A stretch of 64,000 nt of DNA, from the NCBI GenBank assembly GCA_964344415.1, contig CAYFMS010000001.1, forward strand, positions 10,126 through 74,125. The letters run 5' to 3'. Position numbers and translations under genes: made by a program. This DNA is from an uncultured Gammaproteobacteria bacterium. GTDB taxonomy: Bacteria; Patescibacteriota; Patescibacteriia; UBA9934. The notes below the pieces were generated by a model. That model searched no databases. It was not told the origin of the DNA and saw only the letters and a list, made by a program, of their open reading frames with translations. Position 1 is the stretch's first letter; the number at the start of each line of letters is the position of its first letter. This document shows, in pieces, positions 9,779-18,916 of this stretch.

Positions 9779-9855
9779 GCGGCGTTAGCTCAGCGGATTA
9801 GAGCATCTGTCTTCGGAACAGAGGGTCGGGGGTTCGAATCCCTCACGCCGCACCA
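9779..9855 (+). tRNA. tRNA-Arg (anticodon TCG)
   Basis: 77 nt cloverleaf: acceptor GCGGCGT/ACGCCGC, anticodon loop cuTCGga, T-arm GGTTCGAATCC, encoded CCA. Confidence 0.9.
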
Positions 9856-9901
9856 TCCCATTTCGCCTTTCGGGCTACGTTGGGGAAATATCCAAATACA
9901 A

Positions 9902-9977
9902 GCGTTGTTAGCTCAGCTGGTAGAGCAGTTGGCTCTTAACCAATTGGTCGGAGGTTCGAGTCCTCCACAACGCACCA
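9902..9977 (+). tRNA. tRNA-Lys (anticodon CTT)
   Basis: 76 nt: acceptor GCGTTGT/ACAACGC, anticodon loop ctCTTaa, T-arm GGTTCGAGTCC, encoded CCA. Confidence 0.9.
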
Positions 9978-10044
9978 AAAGATCTTCGATATTTATGTCG
10001 GAGATTTTTTGTTTGTGGAGGACGAGGAACCTCCATTAAAGAAA

Positions 10045-10074
10045 TAAAAAACAGCCTTTTCTGGCTGCTTTTTT
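10045..10074. terminator. Bidirectional terminator (tRNA pair / rnc convergent)
   Basis: cagcc-ttttct-ggctg hairpin flanked by A6 and T6. Confidence 0.6.
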
Positions 10075-10075
10075 A

Positions 10076-10768
10076 CTACCACCCCTTTGCTTCGAGTGCA
10101 TTTGCTGCGGCAGCGATCTGAGCTTCTTGTTTACTCGTCCCCTTCCCTTCCGCTACCAATTCCTTTCCAAGATAGGCTCCGACACGAAATACCTTATTAT
10201 GGTCTGGCCCTGTTTCTTCAAGAACCTTATAAGAAGGCGTGATAGATGTTTCAGCTTGCGCAGATTCCTGAAAACGACTCTTTGGGTCAATGTAAAGCTT
10301 TTTCTCAAGAATCTCTGGAAGCGTAGACAAAACATGATTATGCACAAATTTCTTTGCTTCATCCCAGCCAGAATCGATATAAATTGCACCGATAATCGCT
10401 TCCATGGTATTCGCCAAAATATATCGACGCGCCTTTGAATTGCGATCCTTTCTCTCACCTCGAGATAAATAAAGGTAATTTTCAATATCCAAACTCTCTC
10501 CGATATTTGCCAAATTTTGCCCATTTACCACAGCGGCTCGCCAATTCGTCAATTCACCCTCGGGCTCATCATAATTTTCGTATAAATGCTCTGTGACGAC
10601 CAATTCCAGAACAGCATCACCTAAAAATTCTAGCCGCTCATTATGATCAAGTGGGAAATCATGATTTTCATTTAAATAAGATCTGTGAACAAGCGCCTGC
10701 CTGAAATGACCACCTTCGATAATGGGTACATCAAGCGCATCAGCTAAACTCTGAATTTCTTTATCCAT
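10076..10768 (-). CDS. rnc: Ribonuclease III
   Basis: RNase III signature ERLEFLGDAVLELVVTEHL plus a C-terminal dsRBD; the likely start is M14 (MDKEIQSL), giving 10768, since the ORF-track start at 10807 would overlap nusB. Confidence 0.9.
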   Translation of the reverse strand: MDKEIQSLADALDVPIIEGGHFRQALVHRSYLNENHDFPLDHNERLEFLGDAVLELVVTEHLYENYDEPEGELTNWRAAVVNGQNLANIGESLDIENYLYLSRGERKDRNSKARRYILANTMEAIIGAIYIDSGWDEAKKFVHNHVLSTLPEILEKKLYIDPKSRFQESAQAETSITPSYKVLEETGPDHNKVFRVGAYLGKELVAEGKGTSKQEAQIAAAANALEAKGW

Positions 10769-10769
10769 A

Positions 10770-11237
10770 TTATTCTTCTTTTTTCTCTTCGGTTTTCTTC
10801 GTATCAATTTCTTTCAATTCTCCTTTTGCTTCCATGTCTTTGTAAATCGCACCAAGCACTCCATTGATGAATTTTCCAGAAGCCTGTCCACCAAATGCCT
10901 TACCAAGCTCAATTGCTTCATTAATGGCGACCTTTGATGGAATGGATTGATCAAATCGTAATTCATATACACCAAGTCTAAGCACATTCCGATCAGTACT
11001 TTGCATATCTTCAAGCGTCCAATCTGGTGCAAAATGCTCGATCATTTCATCAATTTCAGCACCATGTTCAATCACACCCTTCACCTGTTTCAAGGTATAT
11101 CCTTCATCATCAAAATCTGAAGCGAATTCCTGCATGATATGTTCAACGATTTCTTCAACATTAATTCCCTCCTCTCGAAAATCATATTCAAAGAGGCTTT
11201 GCATGGCCATGGTTCGGGCTAAATGACGATTCGACAT
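10770..11237 (-). CDS. nusB: Transcription antitermination factor NusB
   Basis: [20 protein letters not shown]... NusB fold; start moved to M10 of the ORF-track frame. Confidence 0.8.
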   Translation of the reverse strand: MSNRHLARTMAMQSLFEYDFREEGINVEEIVEHIMQEFASDFDDEGYTLKQVKGVIEHGAEIDEMIEHFAPDWTLEDMQSTDRNVLRLGVYELRFDQSIPSKVAINEAIELGKAFGGQASGKFINGVLGAIYKDMEAKGELKEIDTKKTEEKKEE

Positions 11238-11291
11238 AAATATTCTTCCGTAACAGTATAGCAAAAAAGAAAATATCGGCCTCCACCGATA

Positions 11292-11573
11292 TTATTTTGT
11301 TTCTTTTTGTTCGTTTTTAGATGGAGCAGGAGCTGCTTTTTTCTCTTCTTTCTTAGCCTTAGTTGGAGACTTCTTCGCTGAAGTCTTCTTTACTTCTTCC
11401 TTCTTTGCCTTCGGAGCTTCTGGCTTTACACTTTCTGTAGCCTGACCCTTCATATGCGGCAAAAATGCTTCACCGGTTTCCTTATCGATCTGAACACGCA
11501 CCGGTTTTAGTGCATGATGCGACCGACGTCGACGAACTTTTGATTTTGAGTTCTTAAATGCTGGTACTGACAT
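11292..11573 (-). CDS. rpmF: 50S ribosomal protein L32 with Lys/Ala-rich C-terminal extension
   Basis: MSVPAFKNSKSKVRRRRSHHALKP matches the bL32 N-terminal consensus; start at the internal Met (11573). Confidence 0.8.
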   Translation of the reverse strand: MSVPAFKNSKSKVRRRRSHHALKPVRVQIDKETGEAFLPHMKGQATESVKPEAPKAKKEEVKKTSAKKSPTKAKKEEKKAAPAPSKNEQKETK

Positions 11574-11590
11574 AGTTATATTTCGAGAGG

Positions 11591-11619
11591 ATATTACAAG
11601 GAATAGCAAAAATTGTCAA
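11591..11619 (-). promoter_or_regulatory. Near-consensus promoter for rpmF
   Basis: Minus strand TTGACA-17-TAATAT, ~18 nt upstream of the rpmF ATG. Confidence 0.55.
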
Positions 11620-11620
11620 T

Positions 11621-11660
11621 AAAAAAGTGCTCATCACAGCCGTGGATGGCTATGATGAGC
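11621..11660 (-). terminator. Rho-independent terminator ending the candidate ncRNA
   Basis: Minus strand gctcatcatagcc-atcc-acggctgtgatgagc hairpin followed by T6. Confidence 0.75.
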
Positions 11661-11930
11661 AGAATTGTTGTTGATTCCCCGATCTAACGAGGACTTCCAG
11701 CTCCCCGAGCCCGGTGACCAGCACCCCTGCGCACCGTACGTGGAGCCTTGCGTGCCACCTTTGCATTGAGACTGCTGGGCTCTGCAGCGCTTCTCGTGCT
11801 ACTCACCTTGTCAGTGCGTGCCTGGACTTCCCACTCACCCGTTTCTGGGTTGTAGGACTTGCTTTCACCCATTTCGTCGTTCTTATTCAAAACGCTTCCC
11901 CTGCTTGTCACGCCGTTCATCGGCGAGCCG
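11625..11930 (-). ncRNA. Candidate structured ncRNA of unassigned class (~300 nt, GC ~58%)
   Basis: A GC-rich island between a near-consensus promoter (TTGACA-17-TACTAT at 11964..11936) and the terminator at 11621..11660, inside a 42% GC genome. The internal 62-codon ORF has no SD. The motif GGAAGUCC occurs three times. Confidence 0.45.
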
Positions 11931-11935
11931 GATGC

Positions 11936-11964
11936 ATAGTACATCAAATAACAGCTTTTGTCAA
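11936..11964 (-). promoter_or_regulatory. Near-consensus sigma70-type promoter driving the candidate ncRNA
   Basis: Minus strand TTGACA-17-TACTAT. Confidence 0.55.
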
Positions 11965-11965
11965 T

Positions 11966-11997
11966 CAAAAAACCGGGTTGAAACCCGATTCTTTTTT
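11966..11997. terminator. Terminator downstream of the sod gene (bidirectional hairpin)
   Basis: ccgg-ttgaaa-cccg hairpin with T-runs on both strands. Confidence 0.5.
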
Positions 11998-12598
11998 AAA
12001 TGCGACCCTCGACAATATTCCAATTTAGATTCTTGAAAAAGGCGTCAATATAGTCTCCGCGCTCGGACGGTAGATAATCAAGCAAGAATGCATGCTCCCA
12101 TACATCCATTGCAAGCAAGACTTTCTGAGAACCAAGATGTCCTAATTCATGATCATTCACCCAGATATTGAAAAGATTTCCATTCGCTTCATCCTGAACA
12201 AGCAATGTCCAGCCGGCGCCACGTAATTTCCCAATGCGCTTAAAGTCATCCTGCCATGCTTCAAAAGAACCAAATTGCTCTGCAAGTTTTTCCTTCAAAA
12301 CCGTGTTCTCACCCTCTCCTTGTTCAAATTGTTCAAAATAGTATTCATGCAAACGCATGCCATTGAATTCAAATCCAAAGCGACGTGAAAGCTCAGCAAG
12401 TTCCGGACCCCCCTGCTCTTTCAGTCCATCAATTTTTTCGATCAAGAGATTCACATTTTTAACATAGCCCGCATATAAACCAAGATGTGCATCGATCTGC
12501 TTCTTCGAAAGACCCTCAAGTTCGGGTAATTGAAATTCCTTTTGTGTATAGAGTTTTTGCATACAAACGCATGGTAGCATAAACTCCTTAGTACTCAA
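11996..12598 (-). CDS. sod: Fe/Mn-family superoxide dismutase
   Basis: C-terminal MDVWEHAFLLDY signature (Asp/His ligands) and a FNGMRLHEYYF His; the N-terminal HHxKHH motif is divergent (IDAHLGLYAGYVKN). True start may be the internal Met (MQKLYTQKEF). Confidence 0.7.
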   Translation of the reverse strand: MSTKEFMLPCVCMQKLYTQKEFQLPELEGLSKKQIDAHLGLYAGYVKNVNLLIEKIDGLKEQGGPELAELSRRFGFEFNGMRLHEYYFEQFEQGEGENTVLKEKLAEQFGSFEAWQDDFKRIGKLRGAGWTLLVQDEANGNLFNIWVNDHELGHLGSQKVLLAMDVWEHAFLLDYLPSERGDYIDAFFKNLNWNIVEGRI

Positions 12599-12619
12599 GA
12601 CTAATTTTATAGAGAATAT

Positions 12620-13303
12620 ATGACGAATTATCTGAAATCATTTTTGTTTCTTGGCGGCCTTCTTCTTATTGGTGCCGGTTGTTTTCAATCAGCGGATCAA
12701 ATCGAACCGCTTGCCAGTGGAGAAACCGAGACAGCAAATGACACCCCTGTTCTTATCCATGAATTAACTGATGGCTCATATTCCATGAATGAAGAAAGCT
12801 CTGTACGATGGACCGGATATGGAATTGGAAAATCTCATACAGGAACATTTGATATTTCAGAGGGCGCATTCACTGTTACAGATGGGATGATTTCTGATTT
12901 TTCTGTCACTATCGATACGACAAGCTTCACAAGCGACGATATACAAAATCCTAGTTTGCGCGAAGGATTCGACAATCACTTGAAGTCAGCCGATTTTCTT
13001 GATGTTGAGAGCTTTGCAACCGCTCAGGGAATTTTGTCAGGAGATATCAATAATGTGAATGATAATACATATTCATATTCCATGGACCTCACGATTAAAG
13101 GCGAAACTGAATCTGTTCAAGGTGAATTTGATGTAGAAAGCGCTGATGATAGTGCAATCACGCTCAGCAGCTCGATAGCTATTGATCGTACCGTCTGGGG
13201 AATCACATCTCGAAGCAGTAATTTCTTCGATAATTTAGGTGATGAGCTCATCGAAGACAATGTCGACCTTGAATTCTCTCTCGATCTTTCACGTGTTGAA
13301 TAG
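12620..13303 (+). CDS. Lipoprotein with YceI-like domain
   Basis: Signal plus lipobox LIGAGC; SSVRWTGYGIGKSHTGTFD resembles the start of a YceI beta-barrel. Confidence 0.45.
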   Translation: MTNYLKSFLFLGGLLLIGAGCFQSADQIEPLASGETETANDTPVLIHELTDGSYSMNEESSVRWTGYGIGKSHTGTFDISEGAFTVTDGMISDFSVTIDTTSFTSDDIQNPSLREGFDNHLKSADFLDVESFATAQGILSGDINNVNDNTYSYSMDLTIKGETESVQGEFDVESADDSAITLSSSIAIDRTVWGITSRSSNFFDNLGDELIEDNVDLEFSLDLSRVE

Positions 13304-14025
13304 TTGCTGAGTAATGCAGTTGACTCGGTATCTGTTTATGTTTCGTAAACCAGGATACCGTGTCATCCCGGACGGAGCGAAGCGGAGATCCGGCCTGCCT
13401 GCCGGCAGGCAGGGAACCATCGCCAAGTGCCATCCCGAGCCCTGCCTGCCGGTAGGCATGGATCTCTTGTTTTCATCTTACTTTTCTTTAAAGAAAAGTA
13501 AGCAAAAGAACGCCGCCAGTGCTCGCTTTGTCACATGCATAAAGCGTCATCGCTCGGGCAAAACAGAGAGTAGGAATGTCTTTATTTTTCTTAATACAGT
13601 GGTGCGTTCATTCCTATCGGCTGTTTTGCAATTCCTCGCTCTTGCCGCATGCAATGTGACAGTCTCGCAGGTGGCAGCAGTTTCGGAAATGAAGGATATA
13701 AGGTAAATATTGGTCGCTTGTGAGTTGGATGATATTTCGTTGAAGTTTGAGTAGCGGAATGAGCCGTACTGGAATGTACGGTGAATGAGCAGTAAGTAGA
13801 CGAGAGGCTCATTCGTGTGGATCCCAAATTTAATTTGGGATTTCGAACGCGGTCGCGAAGTGAATGAGATGCTATTTCGGTGAAGATCGAGCACACGCAG
13901 TAAGGCGCACTGAAAGGTGCGACGTCGAGTAGCGCAGATCTGAGCCGGAAGAGCGCTCATTCACAAGCGACTTTTTTGATTTATTTACTTTCTTTATGGT
14001 TAAATAAAACTGAAAGGAGGTCGCG
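13304..14025. repeat. Mosaic intergenic repeat cluster D
   Basis: Perfect palindromes ctgcctgccggcaggcag (13395) and cttacttttctttaaagaaaagtaag (13470). The segment 13440..13690 is an inverted copy of 27000..27250. Two degenerate ~85 bp tandem units lie at 13720..13800 and 13860..13945. An 11 bp long-range stem gtcgcttgtga (13712) pairs with tcacaagcgac (13956), followed by T6. Confidence 0.75.
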
Positions 14026-14271
14026 ATGAACGGCAATTTCTACAGCGCGTATAATCGCGCTGATCCTGATTCTATCTTCGTACTGCGTCTACGCCATGGA
14101 AATGGCATGAGACGCGTAGGGGCCGTTTTACTGAAATACGGCATCGAACCGTATGAAATGGACGCGGAAAAACATATCGTCACTCTCCTGCGCAAATCAA
14201 CCGATCGCGAAATCGGACATGGCGCAGGGCTAACAATGAACCCATTAATCAAATACTGGGAACAATTGTAA
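14026..14271 (+). CDS. Hypothetical small protein (81 aa), GC ~48%
   Basis: Strong SD AAAGGAGG 7 nt upstream; no recognisable domain. Confidence 0.5.
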   Translation: MNGNFYSAYNRADPDSIFVLRLRHGNGMRRVGAVLLKYGIEPYEMDAEKHIVTLLRKSTDREIGHGAGLTMNPLIKYWEQL

Positions 14272-14295
14272 ACACGAGACTCGAGAGGGTCTTTT

Positions 14296-16821
14296 TTATG
14301 ACTTCGACGATTTCTCTACCTCTTTTTCTACTTCAGCAACTTCTTTTGCTACATCACCAACTAATGCCAAACTTGAAACCTTATCTCCCGCTTTCTTGAA
14401 CCGCATAATACGCACACCTTGCGTTGCTCGACCGAGTTTTGAAACAGATTTGAGCGCCGTTCTAATCACCTGACCAGCTTTCGATATGATAAGCATATCT
14501 CTAGCATCACTAGACTCAACGATTCTTGCCGAAACAAGCTGACCTGTTTTTGGGGTAATCTTACCCGTACGAATTCCACTTCCGCCACGTTTTTGTACTT
14601 TATATTCTTTAACCGGTGTACGCTTTCCGTAACCATTCTCTGAAGCAACAAGAAGCAATGAATCCTTATCACCCGTCAAAACAATACCCATACCAACAAT
14701 GCGGTCATCACCTTTCATTTTTACACCACGAACACCAGCCGCAACTCGACCCATAGATCGCACATCACTTTCTTTGAATCGAATAGACATTGCATTTGCT
14801 GTCACGAGCATGACATCTGCCTCACCGTCCGTTGCTCGAACCCATTCAAGCGAATCACCGCCTTTCAATTTAATGGCAATAAGTCCACTACGCCTTACAT
14901 TCGCAAAATCTTCCATGGCCGTTTTCTTCACCGTTCCCGACACCGTGACCATCATGATGTATTTCTTCCCCTCAAGATCGCGAGAAGACATATGAGCCGT
15001 CACTTTTTCACCCGGAGCAAGCTGCAAGAAATTTACAATCGCCTGCCCTTTTGCAGTTCGTGTCGTTTCTGGAATCTCATAGACTTTCAACTTAAAGACT
15101 CGACCACGTGATGTGAAGAACATCATTTCCTGATGTGTCGATGTAGAGAAAATTGCTTCAACGGTGTCCGCCTCTTTTGTTGCAAGACCAGCAACACCCT
15201 TTCCGCCACGAGACTGAGCACGGAAGGTGTCAGGAGCAATACGCTTGATATAACCATCCTTTGTCATCATAACAATGGTTTCATTGTCAGGGATGACATC
15301 TTCAATTCGGAAATCCTTAATACCCGTTTTTACGATTTTCGTTCGACGCTCTGTTGCATATGTATCGCGCATCGTTTCAATTTCATCACGGATCACACCA
15401 AGCATTTTCTTTTCAGATTTCAAAATAGATTCCAGTTCCTTGATGAGTTTCATTTTCTCATCATATTCTTTCTCAATGCGAATACGTTCAAGATTGGCAA
15501 GATTCTGAAGGCGCATTTCAAGAATGGCAACCGCCTGCCGTTCACTCATCTTGAATTTCTTCATCAAATTGAGGCGCGCTTCCTCTTTATCTTTTGATTT
15601 CTTGATTGTTTCAATAACCTTATCAATTTTTTCAAGCGCAATCTTTAACCCTTCCAAAATATGAGCTCGGTCCTGAGCACGCTCGAGATCAAATTCCGTT
15701 CGACGGCGCACTACTTCCTGCCTATGCTTAATAAATTCTTCGAGCATTGGCTTAATACCAAGTACTCGCGGCTGAATCCCATCCACAAGCGCAACCATAT
15801 TGTAATGGAATGTCGTCTGAAGTGATGTTGTTTGATAGAGCCGATTCAGCACTTTGCGCGGGTAGGCATCTTTTTTGAGTTCAATAACCATGCGAACACC
15901 ATCCTTATTCGATTCATCACGCAAATCTCTAATACCATCGAGTTTCTTTTCCCGCACCAAGTTGGCGATTTTTTCAAGAAGCGCTGCCTTATTCACCATG
16001 TATGGAACAGATGAAATAATAATATTATGAGAACCCTTTTTCCCTTCAACAATTTCCGCATCGGCGCGAACAACAACACCACCCTTTCCAGATGCCATCG
16101 CTGCTTGAATATCCTTTTGACCATATGCCGTTGCTCCCGTCGGGAAATCAGGACCCTGCATATGCTGCATCAAATCCTCGACCGTTGCATCTTTATTATC
16201 GATGAGTTCAATTACGGCATTACAAACTTCACCCAGATTATGCGGAGGAATATTCGTTGCCATACCAACCGCAATTCCAAGCGTTCCATTCACAAGAAGA
16301 TTTGGCGTCTTAGCAGGTAAAACTGACGGTTCTTTATGCGAGCCGTCATAGTTCGGACGAAAATCTACCGTATTTTTTTCAATATCCGTCAAAAGATGCT
16401 CAGCGATTGATTCGAGCTTCGCCTCCGTATAACGCATAGCCGCAGCTCCATCGCCGTCCATCGAACCGAAGTTTCCCTGACCACGCACCAAAGGATGACG
16501 ATAAGAGAAGTCCTGAGCCATTCTCACCATGGCTTCATAAATAGACGAGTCACCATGAGGGTGATATTTCGCCATCACCTCACCAACAACATTCGCCGAC
16601 TTTCTAAATTTCGCATTGGCGCGCAGACCAATCGTCCACATCGCATATAAAATACGTCGCTGTACCGGCTTTAATCCATCACGAATATCCGGCAAAGCTC
16701 GCGAAACGATAACCGACATCGCATAATCAAGGTATGCGCGCTTCATTTCATCTGTAATGCCCTGATCGATAATTTCTCCCGCTGGCTTCCCAAGCGGCAA
16801 TTTCTGATCTTTCTTTTTCAT
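14296..16821 (-). CDS. gyrA: DNA gyrase subunit A
   Basis: 841 aa; [11 protein letters not shown] active-site Tyr region, YHPHGD motif, C-terminal beta-pinwheel repeats. Confidence 0.95.
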   Translation of the reverse strand: MKKKDQKLPLGKPAGEIIDQGITDEMKRAYLDYAMSVIVSRALPDIRDGLKPVQRRILYAMWTIGLRANAKFRKSANVVGEVMAKYHPHGDSSIYEAMVRMAQDFSYRHPLVRGQGNFGSMDGDGAAAMRYTEAKLESIAEHLLTDIEKNTVDFRPNYDGSHKEPSVLPAKTPNLLVNGTLGIAVGMATNIPPHNLGEVCNAVIELIDNKDATVEDLMQHMQGPDFPTGATAYGQKDIQAAMASGKGGVVVRADAEIVEGKKGSHNIIISSVPYMVNKAALLEKIANLVREKKLDGIRDLRDESNKDGVRMVIELKKDAYPRKVLNRLYQTTSLQTTFHYNMVALVDGIQPRVLGIKPMLEEFIKHRQEVVRRRTEFDLERAQDRAHILEGLKIALEKIDKVIETIKKSKDKEEARLNLMKKFKMSERQAVAILEMRLQNLANLERIRIEKEYDEKMKLIKELESILKSEKKMLGVIRDEIETMRDTYATERRTKIVKTGIKDFRIEDVIPDNETIVMMTKDGYIKRIAPDTFRAQSRGGKGVAGLATKEADTVEAIFSTSTHQEMMFFTSRGRVFKLKVYEIPETTRTAKGQAIVNFLQLAPGEKVTAHMSSRDLEGKKYIMMVTVSGTVKKTAMEDFANVRRSGLIAIKLKGGDSLEWVRATDGEADVMLVTANAMSIRFKESDVRSMGRVAAGVRGVKMKGDDRIVGMGIVLTGDKDSLLLVASENGYGKRTPVKEYKVQKRGGSGIRTGKITPKTGQLVSARIVESSDARDMLIISKAGQVIRTALKSVSKLGRATQGVRIMRFKKAGDKVSSLALVGDVAKEVAEVEKEVEKSSKS

Positions 16822-16823
16822 AC

Positions 16824-17462
16824 CTAGCTCTTTTTAAGGACGACGAGTTGCATATCCTCGGTCGGCAATGATGATTTCTTTATTTTGAGCTTTGCGAGCT
16901 CATCAACTGGACATGCCAATTCTTTGCAAAACGCTTTCTCATCTACAAAGTCTCCCTTCATACCGCTTACTTTGAAATGTGATGGAATAACAATGCGAGG
17001 TTCAATTTGAGAAACAACATCTGGCGCTTCTTTTGCAAGGCCATTACCAACCGGAAGAATAAGAATATGAATATCTCCCAATTTCTCGATTTCAGCATCT
17101 TTCAATTTTCGGTCAAGTGAACCCAAATATGCGATATTCATTCCCTCAACTGTAATACGGAAAATCGTGTGAGCACTACCATCTTTACGCGGCGCATGAA
17201 TGCCGGTTACAAAAATATCCTGCACCTCATACTCCCCCGCATGCGTCACAAAAAATGGAGATGAATCTCCTTGCCCCGAGATAGCCGACATATTATTTGC
17301 CAAAGCACTATCTGATGAGGAAATACCCATCACCCCCTTTAATGTTCGCGGTGTTTTTAGCCCCGCCGAGCCGTCATATGGATCCGTTACAACGCTTACC
17401 TCCCCTTTCGCCAATTTACCCGTGATTGTAAAACATCCGATTCCGTGCCAAGTAATTTGCAT
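16824..17462 (-). CDS. UPF0173-like MBL-fold protein lacking the HxHxDH metal motif
   Basis: [16 protein letters not shown]... and the overall layout parallel UPF0173 metal-dependent hydrolases, but no HxHxDH motif is present. Confidence 0.4.
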   Translation of the reverse strand: MQITWHGIGCFTITGKLAKGEVSVVTDPYDGSAGLKTPRTLKGVMGISSSDSALANNMSAISGQGDSSPFFVTHAGEYEVQDIFVTGIHAPRKDGSAHTIFRITVEGMNIAYLGSLDRKLKDAEIEKLGDIHILILPVGNGLAKEAPDVVSQIEPRIVIPSHFKVSGMKGDFVDEKAFCKELACPVDELAKLKIKKSSLPTEDMQLVVLKKS

Positions 17463-17509
17463 AGTTTTCGTGCAACTATTTTAGCACAAAAATGCATTCA
17501 ATTGAAGCT

Positions 17510-18190
17510 TCACACTTCTTCATCCGCCCCCACACTCATCCAATATTCCTTTTCTTTTTGTATTTCTTCTACGCTTGGATCTTTTTGTGTAATAGACCAA
17601 CCTTCTTCCAATCGATATACAGATGCATTGATGTCGCTTGCATGCTCTGTAAATTCATTTGCCAATGCCCGAATTTCATCTATACCTTTTTGTATGCCTT
17701 GCGCTTCCTTCTCACGATTTTCAACCAATGTTTTATATTCTTCTTGTTTGTGATTACAACGATCGTCGCATTGATGATCAAGCGTATCTTGCGCCATCGT
17801 TATTGCATTACTAACCTGATACCGTTCATCACCTGTCAACAATGTTTCAAAAAGTTCAGACTTCACAAAATCCTCGAGAAGAACATATTGCACCGTTTCT
17901 TCAATTTTCTTTTGCACTGCATCATCAATCCGATCAAATACAAGCGTCTTCAATCGCTGTTCTTCATCGCCATCACACATATCATGATATGCCTTACGAT
18001 GCGGATATTCTTTTCGACCAATTTCGACAAGAGCTTTGTGAATTTGCTCAGCATTCGTTTCTGGATTCTCAGAAAGCGATGTGTGCAATTCCTTTGCTTC
18101 GTTCACAATTTCCTCCGGTGTTGTCGGGACAAGTTCCTTGATGGCTATTTCAAGCTCATTCAAAAATGCCTGATGTGGATGTTCATTCAT
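17510..18190 (-). CDS. Hypothetical acidic protein
   Basis: 226 aa with normal composition; the overlapping plus-strand ORF is F/C/I-rich antisense junk. Confidence 0.5.
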   Translation of the reverse strand: MNEHPHQAFLNELEIAIKELVPTTPEEIVNEAKELHTSLSENPETNAEQIHKALVEIGRKEYPHRKAYHDMCDGDEEQRLKTLVFDRIDDAVQKKIEETVQYVLLEDFVKSELFETLLTGDERYQVSNAITMAQDTLDHQCDDRCNHKQEEYKTLVENREKEAQGIQKGIDEIRALANEFTEHASDINASVYRLEEGWSITQKDPSVEEIQKEKEYWMSVGADEEV

Positions 18191-18235
18191 ATGACAATAT
18201 CTTACCGCAGGCGATGAAAATAAAAAATGGGACCA

Positions 18236-18790
18236 TTAAGCCCCCGTGTCGATAATGCGATCGATAAATGCGCAAAGCTTGTTCATTGACCGCTCGAACC
18301 CCCCTTCCCCAAAGTCATTCTCGATAACAAGATCCGTATTCAGCACTTGCACTGCAGTCGCCATTTTCTGGTCTTCTTCAATACGCGCTTCATTTCCACG
18401 CGTCTCGATATCTCGACCCATTGCCAAGACCTGAATGATGACAACCTCATACCCCTTCTCTCGATACCTCTGCGCCACTGCAGGGATGAGAGCCACGGCG
18501 CCCATTCGATGAGGCAAGAGCGCCTCGAGCGTCGCAATGTGGCATCCGTAGTAATTCCCCGCATATTCGCCAGGAACGGGAATTTTGCCCCGATCAATCA
18601 TGCTGCGCATTTCTTCATGCGAGTAGAATTGATGGATTTGCCTGTCGATGCGATTATTCCGCGGTTCACGACTCGTGCAGCTTCGCAGGAAATCGACATG
18701 ATTTGGACGACGCTCAGCAAGCGCCATCAGCAAGCTGGTTTTTCCGGCCCCTGATGGACCGATGAATGCCAAAATTGGCTTCATGGGCAC
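18236..18790 (-). CDS. P-loop kinase, guanylate kinase-like
   Basis: Walker A GPSGAGKTS; SCTSREPR...YQFYS resembles the Gmk S-x-T-T-R-x-P-R...Y-x-F region. Confidence 0.5.
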   Translation of the reverse strand: MPMKPILAFIGPSGAGKTSLLMALAERRPNHVDFLRSCTSREPRNNRIDRQIHQFYSHEEMRSMIDRGKIPVPGEYAGNYYGCHIATLEALLPHRMGAVALIPAVAQRYREKGYEVVIIQVLAMGRDIETRGNEARIEEDQKMATAVQVLNTDLVIENDFGEGGFERSMNKLCAFIDRIIDTGA

Positions 18791-18842
18791 CTCCTAAGCT
18801 AATATTAGCTATAATTCAATCTCAGTCAAGGTCAATTCTCCC

Positions 18843-18871
18843 TTGACATTATATCATTTATCTCATACAAT
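18843..18871 (+). promoter_or_regulatory. Near-consensus promoter for rpsA, overlapped by an inverted repeat
   Basis: TTGACA-17-TACAAT; the inverted repeat gtcaagg(18825)...ccttgac(18847) shares its 3' arm with the -35 box. Confidence 0.55.
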
Positions 18872-18916
18872 CCGGTCACAAATTAATTATTAATACCGAT
18901 TGGCCGCATCTCCCTG

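Noticed and set aside
11625-11930. Assigning the candidate ncRNA to RNase P RNA or tmRNA
   Set aside because: Partial matches to RNase P CR-I/CR-II-like strings and to the tmRNA AACGACGAAA tag segment. However, no P4 pairing partner, no tRNA-like acceptor/T-arm and no tag ORF ending in a stop could be found, so it is left unassigned.
11684-12028. ORFs 11684..11968 (-) and 11714..12028 (+) as protein-coding genes
   Set aside because: They span a promoter, a terminator hairpin and a GC-rich island, have no RBS and odd composition; interpreted as a structured RNA locus instead.
13314-13706. ORFs 13314..13706 (+) and 26963..27175 (-) encoding a shared ...KRHRSGKTESRNVFIFLN... peptide as a duplicated small gene
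   Set aside because: The nucleotide differences between the two copies are not synonymous-biased, and both copies sit inside a larger palindrome-containing inverted repeat; treated as non-coding repeat sequence.
17492-18217. Plus-strand ORF 17492..18217 (241 aa)
   Set aside because: F/C/I-rich shadow ORF antisense to the acidic 17510..18190 minus-strand gene.
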